Positions 55,771 through 64,000 of a stretch of 64,000 nt of DNA are shown piece after piece. The position numbers and the translations under genes are program-made. Each line of letters opens with the position of its first letter. The first letter of the stretch is position 1. The notes under the pieces were generated by a model that ran no database searches, was not told the DNA's origin, and saw only the letters and a list, made by a program, of their open reading frames with translations. This DNA is from Felis catus (Eukaryota): contig NC_058383.1 of the NCBI RefSeq assembly GCF_018350175.1, forward strand, positions 4,776,001 to 4,840,000. The letters are read 5' to 3'.

Positions 55771-56437
55771 TTCTTTCACACACTATTGTCCTGAGGAAGG
55801 TGGCAGTCCACAGCAGTCGGCAGTTCTGTCCCAGGAGATCCACAAGATCACACAAAGACCCGGATTCTTCCTATCTTGTTCTCCACCACCAGGCAAAAAT
55901 TCCCAAACTTTCTCTGTGCAGGGCACCCGTAAGTGCCTTAGAGATTCTTTCACAGAGCTCCTAAGCCCAAAGAAATATCTAACAATCTCCACTCTTAAAT
56001 AATGAGCTCCAAACAACTTCATAAATATTTATGTCCTAACAACTTAGTGTCCGTTGCACAGTTTATCAAACTTTAAAATCAGATTGGGAACCACTGTTCT
56101 CGTTAATCTGCTCCACGTGGATATTCCAATAGCAATTGCTTCCTAAATCCATCTTCTCAAAGATGCAATATCAGGAACTTGGTGACCTAATGTTGAAAAT
56201 GTGAACTAGTTCAAGCTGTCGTGTCATGCACGACACAGAAATAGCTTTGTTTCCTCAAAATGTTAAGATGCCCCACAGCACCCCAGAAGCTTGTTCTGGC
56301 ACCCCACGGCACTTTGTGCACAGGTTGGAGACACAGCACTAGGGTGGTGTCCTTACCCCCAGGTCACCACCTTCGAGCCCCTGAGAAAGGGAAAAGAAGG
56401 AAAGGAAAGGCCGTTTACCCTTAAGGGTGGAACTTGT

Positions 56438-57132
56438 AGGGGGCGCCTGGGTGACTTGGTTGGTCGAGTGTCACAGTGTCACAGTTCGTGAGTTCAATCC
56501 CCGTGTTGGGCTCTGCTTGGGATTCTCTCTCTCCCTCTGTCCTGCCCCTCCCCCCTTCTCTCTCAAAAGTAAATAAACAAACTTTAAAAAAATTAAAAGC
56601 AAACAATAAAGAATGGAACTTGTAAACTGCACTTAGCTCTTCCTGCTGAGATCCCATTGGCCAGAAGTTAGTCACATGGCCAAAGGGGAGCTGGGAAATG
56701 TATCTCTGGCTGTGCTGCCAGGTGTTCAGCTAGCACTTGATAGGTTATTACTAAAAGGAAGAAGTAGATATTCTCTATCGCATTCTGAATATTAACCCTT
56801 TATCTCTGACATAAACTCCAAATATTTTCTTCTATATATCACATATTTGTTCACTTGGTATTAACTTGGTTAATAGTGTTTTTGTCACACAGAGCTTTTA
56901 AATTCCAGAATACGTTTATCAGCCTTTCCTTTGTGACTTAAAAAAAAAAAAATCTTATTTAGGGGCGCCTGGGTGACTCAGTCGGTTAAGCATCCGACTT
57001 CAGCTCAGGTCATGATCTCACAGTTTGTGGGTTTGAGCCCCACATTAGGCTCTGTGCTGACAGCTAGCTCAGAGCCTGGAGCCAGCTTAGGATTCTGTGT
57101 CTCCCTCTCTCTCTGCCCCTCCCCTGCTCGCG

Positions 57133-57191
<59 letters not shown>

Positions 57192-57450
57192 AAAAATAAA
57201 ACCTAAAAGAAATTTTAAATCTTACTTAAAAGGTATTTTTGGGGCACCTGGGTGGCTCAGTTGGTTAAGCATCCAGCTTCAGCTCAGGTCATAATCTCGA
57301 GGTTTGTAGGCTTGAGCCCCGTGCCAGACTCTGCTGACAGCTTGGAGTCTGGAGCCTGCTTCAGATTCTGTGTCTCCCTCTCTCTCTCTCTGCCCCTACC
57401 CCTCTCGCGATCTGTCTGTCTCTCTCAAAAGTAAATAAACATTAAAAACA
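56438..57450 (+). mobile_element. Three Can-SINEs (56438-56600, 56962-57205, 57241-57450)
   Basis: Canonical heads; long (CT)n in the middle copy. Confidence 0.88.
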
Positions 57451-57476
57451 ATTTTTAAGGTATTCTTTACTCCAAA

Positions 57477-57480
<4 letters not shown>

Positions 57481-57526
<46 letters not shown>

Positions 57527-57537
57527 TACACACACAA
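57481..57537. repeat. (CA)n microsatellite
   Basis: Read directly. Confidence 0.95.
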
Positions 57538-57789
57538 ATATATTCTCCAGTATTTTCTTCTAGTTGATTCATACTTTGATCTGTAATTCATCTGGAATTT
57601 CTTCCTGTGATGGCTGAGATAATTTCAGAAGGGAAGGAAGACACTTAAAGTGTGTAGCCAAGGAACTAGGTATTTATCAAATTCTCAGCTGCCTTCCAAT
57701 TCATATCTGTGCTTTTCATGACACTCTTCTGCACAGACATTATACAATGGACACTGAGATTCCCTATCCCCAGGTAAGCCAGACACCTC

Positions 57790-58250
57790 CCTATGTGCTC
57801 TTTGGGTCGGATTGAACTACCTCAGCTCAGGGGGTGGGGGACTTCATTGGTATCAGTCAGTCAAGGCAATCCTATACTCCTTATCACAGTAATTTTTCAA
57901 AACAAAAGCCAGCCTCTGGAATACCAGAGACCCAATCAGAATGAAGCTAGGATCCCCGTGCCATGGTGCCTCTTCTCCCCAAGATTGAGTAAAGATATTA
58001 AAGAAGAAGCCTGTAGCTTCACTTCCTTTACCTTGGGACTATGAAGAAAGTCCAAGAAAGAAGTCTACACACTGGGGAGGGCAGACCTAAGAGAGGCACA
58101 GAGGAATGGAGTCTGAGCCCTGAGCAAACCGTGCCTGAAGCTTACACCACCTCTGGACTTCCCTGTTAGATGAGCCAAAAGTCCCCTTTATTTTTTAAAA
58201 CCATGTGGAATTACCTCTTCTGTAACTTGCAACTTAAAACCTCCAAATCT
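57790..58250 (+). mobile_element. Old MaLR LTR (MLT1J/K-like)
   Basis: gacccaatcagaatgaa, cgtgcctgaagc...ctctggacttccctgttagatgagccaa...gtaacttgcaact. Confidence 0.6.
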
Positions 58251-59679
58251 TGAGAGAAACACGTAGTCACTGAGCTCTTTTTTCCCCACCTCGTATTTTT
58301 CTTTTTAAATTCATTTTACACTTTATAGAAATACATACATAACAACATAGAAAAAGGCTATATTTTACTGTCTTAACTGCTTGTGTATTTCTTGTGTATT
58401 TCTATAAACATATAAAACATGAATTTTATATATTCATTTAAATGGTTTACATAGATACAATCATAGCATCCAGACAATTTTCGAATTTTGCTTCTTTTAG
58501 TTTATCATAGGTGTTATTCCTCTATCTAGACAGTTTTAATTATTAATCAGGGATGCAACATAATGACCTCAATATCATCTTATTATTAGATATTTGTATT
58601 ATTTCCCACTTTTTAATTTTATAGTTTTGCAAGTAACCTATTCAGAACTTTTATTTTATTTTTTTCAGTTGAATTACTTTCCTGGGATAAATCTCTCAGT
58701 GGTTTGTCGGTTCCTGAAACTCATGCGTTTCCCACATTTTACTTTTTCCCTCTGTTCTTCAAAACCTCCAAGCATGAACCTTGATGCTTGTGTTCTATAA
58801 ATAGCACAGGAGAAAACACTATTTAAGCCTAAAATCAAAAACCGAATTCAAATGTGATAGGAAGGACTGTAGCACCTGTGAAACATACAGCAAAGAATTT
58901 CTCCTGGGAGCATTCCTAATCCCTCCTGTCAGCCCCTGAAACTAGACCTGTGGTATCAGTTTTTTACCTGCTGCAAGATCAGTTGACAGGATCAACCACC
59001 GTTTATACCATGATCTCTTGTCCCCCAGGGAATGACTGAGGCAATACTTTAGAAACGGGATACAGGACTTCATAGCTACCATCGCAACAGACAAATATAG
59101 CGCACGAGGCTCATTTACAGTCAGTGATTTATTGGTCAGGAGGAATTTTACAATGGAGGAAAACAGGAAAAATTTTAAAAGGGACATCGCACGGATATTT
59201 TTGTTGGAAGGCAAGGATGGGTCTGTATCTGCTTCTTATTGTATCGGGGCAGCGATTTTAGTGCCTAGCTCATAACAGATGTTCAATAAAAATACATTGC
59301 ATGAATGCAAGAAAAAAGATGACATCCACCCAAAGGAAATCGATATCCTGGATATCACTGAACCACAGAGTCCTCCAGCCGGTCCCTGGGGCCATGTCTT
59401 GTACATTAGCCAGCTTGGAATGCAATGTAGCTTATGCTTTCGAATTTCCACTTGGCCTTTGCTACCTTGATTATGCCCCTTAGAGCAGCTGTGTTCGGCT
59501 ACGACGTCCAACGGGACTGTCAGGGCAGAACCTCCATTTCCTGATCGCTTCTGAATTAGTCTTGACCTGGTACACTGCTCAGCTCTCCTTACCCAAATGT
59601 TCTGTTACTCTGGTCACCAACACTGCAGTTCACCATCAGCTGTGGTAGCCCTTGGAGAACGAGAGCGTAAGCACACTTG

Positions 59680-59764
59680 CACTCAAAACTTATCTCTTGT
59701 TTATCTGAAATTCAAGTTTAACTGGGCGTCTTCTATTTTTATTGGCTAAATCTTGGATATCCTA
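59680..59764. mobile_element. One arm of a MER53-like palindromic hAT MITE
   Basis: ttgtttatctgaaattcaagtttaactgggcgtcttctatttttattggctaaatct matches the recalled MER53 arm. Confidence 0.7.
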
Positions 59765-60894
59765 TCTCCAGCCGCCATCGGGATGCCTCTCCATAGAGCT
59801 TCTAGTTTTCTACCTTGGTTGGGACCAAGAGGTAGTCTCACAGTTGGAATCTGGTTACCCCTTGGCTAGTAGTGCTGAGCAAAAGGAGCGTCCAGCCCTG
59901 GACGTTGAGTTGGGGCTGAGTCGTCTTAGGACAACCACTGGGACATTTTCAGAAAAGAGAAGCTGTCTGACAACCTGGAGAAAAGAGGAGCAAGAAATTA
60001 CAGGCGGGCTGGTGGAGGACGGTGCCTCCATATAAACTATACAGCTTGTGCTCTGCCTGTTTGATGTGTGTGTCACACAGAAAGAGGGTAGAGAAGGACA
60101 AGGAACAGTCTTGTGAATGCTCTCTCAGAGCTGGGAGGAAGAAATGAATGGCACTTCATGGCCAATGAGACAGACAACCTGAAGGCATCCCGTGAAAAAA
60201 CCCTGCTTCTTTGCTCCTTTTCCTGCTCTGTCCTTGCTAGGACCTGCACCCCCGCCCTCCACATGGCTTGTAACACCGACAATGTATGTCCTCCTTATAA
60301 AGGTCAAGGAGATAATGATCTCTTTGGAGTCTCCCAGCACAGTAGAAAACACCTAAGGAGTGACGGGGCGAGGTGGCATCATGTATGTTTTCCAAGACCA
60401 GTAAGTCCAGATCCCTTGATACGAAGACCCCTGGCTCCAGGGTGTAAGTGACTTATGGAGGACACCTGAGCACTCATCTTTGTTTTGACAGGTTCCTGGA
60501 TGCCTGGGAGGACACGTATGCCAGACCACATCCTCCCTAAAAACCCCAGTCCCCAAATAAAGATGAGACTCACGCCCCTTTTCCTTTCCGAGTGTCCCAG
60601 ACGCCCTGTCTGTATGTGCTCTCTCTACATCTTCAATAGACACTGCTCTCACTTCCTCCTGGCTCGTGTTTGGTTTCTGCCCTGCACAAAGCCAAGGACC
60701 ATCTTGGCTGGCCCTGCGGAACCCCTCCTGGATGCTCGGACCTAGCCTGCCTATATCAGTTAGTTCCTGAGTCATGATTTCCTTATTAACATTCTGGACA
60801 CCCAAGCACATCGGGGCTGACGCTGGACTCTGTGAAGCACAGACATGAATGTCATCCCAGGAAGAAATTCAGAATGAGTGTAGGGTGGGAAGTC

Positions 60895-61110
60895 ATGTAG
60901 GGGTTAAGAGTGTGAGCTCAGGAATCAGGCTTCCTGAGTTCCAGTCCAGGATCCATCTCTCGTGGTTGTGTGGTTTTAGGCTGGTTACTTAATCTCTCTG
61001 AGTCTCAATTTCCTCCTCTATAAAGTAAGGATAAGAGACTCTACCTCAGAGGGTTGTTGGGAGGTTAAATGAGATAATGCAGGCATGTAAAACACATCCA
61101 ATGAATTTGG
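60895..61110 (-). mobile_element. MIR
   Basis: gttacttaatctctctgagtctcaatttcctcctctataaa...ctacctcagagggttgttgggaggttaaatgagataatgca. Confidence 0.85.
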
Positions 61111-61169
61111 GCCACTAGTCTCATGGTTACCAAACACGACCAATACAGAAGAACAAAAGTGGGAGGTGT

Positions 61170-61660
61170 TACCAGGGTTCTTTATGTTTCGAGTAATAGC
61201 CCAACTCAAACTGGATTAAATAACAAAGGACACTTCATGAACCGTAAATGTTCAGAGATGGGGCACGCTTCAGAGTTTGAATCAGCAGCTCAATGGCATC
61301 ATCAAGGACAGGGGTTGTTTTTGTCCCTCGCTCTGTCACTCTGTCACCCGAGTAACGAGTAACGGCTTCCTTCCCCAACCAGCTTTTCTCCCGGTGGTGG
61401 GATGGCTGCCAGCCACCCAGTGGAGCTTCATGCTTCCACATTCACTTCCAAAGAGAGGCCAATGGGGAGGTTTGCCCTGGGATTCCAAGTAGGGGTGCTG
61501 AAATTCACTCTGACTTGAGTCATGGGCTCACCCCTGAACCAGTGACAGGGCCTGGAGAATGGAACGCATCACTTGGTGAGTTAAATGAGGGCCCCTGCCG
61601 AAACTTCAGGGGGGATCAATTTCTCCCAAAGGCGAGAGGAAGATTCCAGATGGAGAGCTG
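61170..61660 (-). mobile_element. Old MaLR LTR (MLT1K-like)
   Basis: cccaactcaaactggattaaataacaaagg, ctcaatggcatcatcaagg, gagtcatgggctcacccctgaaccagtgac. Confidence 0.6.
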
Positions 61661-64000
61661 GTAATACTAGAAAGGGACATGGATGCTGGGTAGGCGCTCA
61701 GTAAGTGGGTATCTAATAAGTTCTTTGTGGAATGATAGAAATATGTCAGAAGCGTCCCCCCAAGTTAGGTGAAGCCCAAGATGAATGAAATGTGCAACCA
61801 TGAAAACACGGGCTGCTCGGGACACGGCAGGAGCGTGTGGTAGATGTCCTTCATTTCCCAGACGCAAAGGCAAATCTATTAATAAAATTCCTTCCTGGCA
61901 GCTGTCTCCTGGTGTAGACTCAAGGAAATGTATATTCAAAGGAAGGGGGAGGAAATTTTAGCCACAAAGCCGCAGTCACCAGTGCTGCAAGGTCACCTGG
62001 AACGGATGCAGTTCCTCAGGACGAGCACAAAGGTGTAAAGGGAGACGGGGCAGAGGCTCTCCAACGTCAAGGCCGGAAGGAAAAGAGGAGCTGACAAAGA
62101 AGGCCAAGAGAGGATGGGCAACCTAACTTGAGGATGAGGAGAGAGGGCCGTCACGGAAGGCAAATCAGGAAGTGCTCGCTAATCTCTCCAGGGAGGCCGG
62201 AACAGGGGAGGCGCATCGAGAGGCCTGGAATGAGCATCCCACAGGCTCCGTGAAATGTCCCTGGAGAACCCCTTACCCTGCCTTCAGCACTGACCGTGAA
62301 CTAGCCCACCAGGTTCTGATGGCCCCCCTGGGCCAGCGAGCCACCGGGGCAACTCCTCTTCAGAGCCTGATACAGCTGGTGCCTCACTGACTAGGAGCTC
62401 CAGAATCAGCAGGATGGACCGCTTACAAAGCCTGCAGCCGGGGGCAGAGGGACCCCTGAGCCTGCAGTGTCAGAGCGGTTCGGAACACTAGTCCAGAGCA
62501 AGAGAACCAGAGGGAGAGGCGTCTGGGACACACCGTTCGTTGTCACACATACAGATAGGTGGTTTGTTACAGCAGCTGGTACTCATCACCCTGATTATCT
62601 CACTCCGATGGTGCTCCCAAGAGTGGGGTGGGGCCCCAAGAGGGGAGCTTGTGCAGCTGATAGGAGTTCACACAGCTGCAAAGTCAACCGTCCTGAACGC
62701 CACCTTCCCATAGCTGGACCTAGCTTGGCTCCCATGACCCAGGTTCCGACGGAGCAGCGAGTCTGCTCCTCCGAGCCTCCCTCTTGAGTCTCCCCTCCTT
62801 GCCCTCCTCTCAAGCTCTTATTTCTTTTGGGTGTGAAAGAGGCTCTTAGTTCCCCCTGCAAGCAGCCCCCCTCTGTGGTTTATAGGGTAAACCGTAAGTT
62901 TTGCAATAATCTTTTTTCCTTTCCGTAATCCCCAACCTGACACCAAAAAAATTAGTTTGACTTTGAGACATCTGTCTTTTCAAAAGACATCTGTCTGCAG
63001 TCTACTTAGGGGGTTGAAAAACAGAAAGGTGGCTCTTTCAGGGCTCAGTCTCCCTCTGCCCACCCCCGCCTGCCCTTTCACAAGCCCCTTCCCCCACCAA
63101 ATACCCTGATGACTGGGGGAAGAGCTATGGACACAAGGAATGAGAAGGCAACTTCTCAGTGCCCCAGACTCTCTTCTCCGCCACATTTGTGTATATCTCC
63201 CTGTTTCATTCTGGGCAGGACTGGAGATGGTTTACACAGACACACAGAACAAGCTGCGATAACTTTAATGTGAGCAGAGGGGAGACAAGACAAAAGGGAA
63301 ATGGGCATAAGACAGATGAGGTGCTCCCGCGGGCTGATCTCATTTCTGTTGTGGAAGCAGGTGCTGGCAGAGGCTCCCGCTGGCCCTTGGCTCACAGACC
63401 AGTTCCACATGCAACTTCAGGCCTATGACCTGTGACGAGGGCTGCACAGAGTCAGGCCTGCCTGGCCCCAGACACGGCAGCTACTTTGTTCATCACTAGT
63501 GTCTCGCTAACACTTCCAACAGAACGCCAGTGGGATTTACTATCCGAAACGCTGCTCATCACAACACCTTCTTCTTCCAGGAGCACTCCCGACAAGCTCC
63601 CTCCTTAATTCACACCAGACCCGTGGTCAAGAAAGCCCCCAACTCTTGGCCTGTTTATCGCTAAGCCAACTCTCCTCCTGTCTTGCTAGACGGAAATGGC
63701 TGTCACAACCATCATCGCTGACTGTGGAGACTGAGTCCCCACCCACCATCTTCTCCAGCATCCCAACAGTTGCAGGCTGGATAGGAAAATCTGTGTCTTT
63801 AGCCGTGGTAGAGACAACACCAAGTGTTTGCCACACTGCTTCCTCTCCCCGGGCACAGGGGAAGACTACATCTTTCAGGCTCCTTGGAAGTTTGTTCTGG
63901 GTATTGAAAAAGTGGACAGAAGAAATGTAGGTCGCTTCTAGACTGGGCCTCTAAAACATTCTCGTGCAATCCTCTGGCTATCTCTTCCCCTTCTGCAGTG

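Noticed and set aside
8508..57434. Recurring ORFs with AQVMIS...[18 protein letters not shown]
   Set aside because: Translations of Can-SINE copies, not a protein family.
62467..63930. Short ORFs at the right end as possible exons of the next gene (GRID2IP expected from recalled synteny)
   Set aside because: No PDZ- or formin-like sequence and no CpG island seen; that gene probably lies outside the window.

Overview
Mammalian genomic DNA, almost certainly from a cat-family (felid) carnivore, judging by about 40 tRNA-derived Can-SINEs that include young SINEC_Fc-type copies. Three complete, intact protein-coding genes lie head-to-tail on the minus strand, and I rebuilt each exon by exon with GT-AG junctions and consistent phases. 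They are ZNF853 (3 coding exons, 653 aa, polyQ plus 5 C2H2 fingers), INTS15/C7orf26 (6 exons, 448 aa) and ZDHHC4 (6 coding exons, 343 aa, DHHC palmitoyltransferase). This is the gene order I recall from human 7p22.1. Each gene has a CpG-island promoter; the remainder is SINE, LINE, LTR and DNA-transposon debris plus microsatellites. I see no clearly new multi-gene system. The strongest unexplained signal is a polyadenylated box C/D snoRNA-like fragment inside a nested SINE stack in INTS15 intron 3 (28339-28399). Other leads are a candidate poison/cassette exon in INTS15 intron 2, a candidate LTR-driven small transcript between ZNF853 and INTS15, a phase-compatible ZDHHC4-INTS15 read-through, and uORFs. 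Repeat family names were assigned by eye from recalled consensus sequences, and repeat boundaries are approximate.
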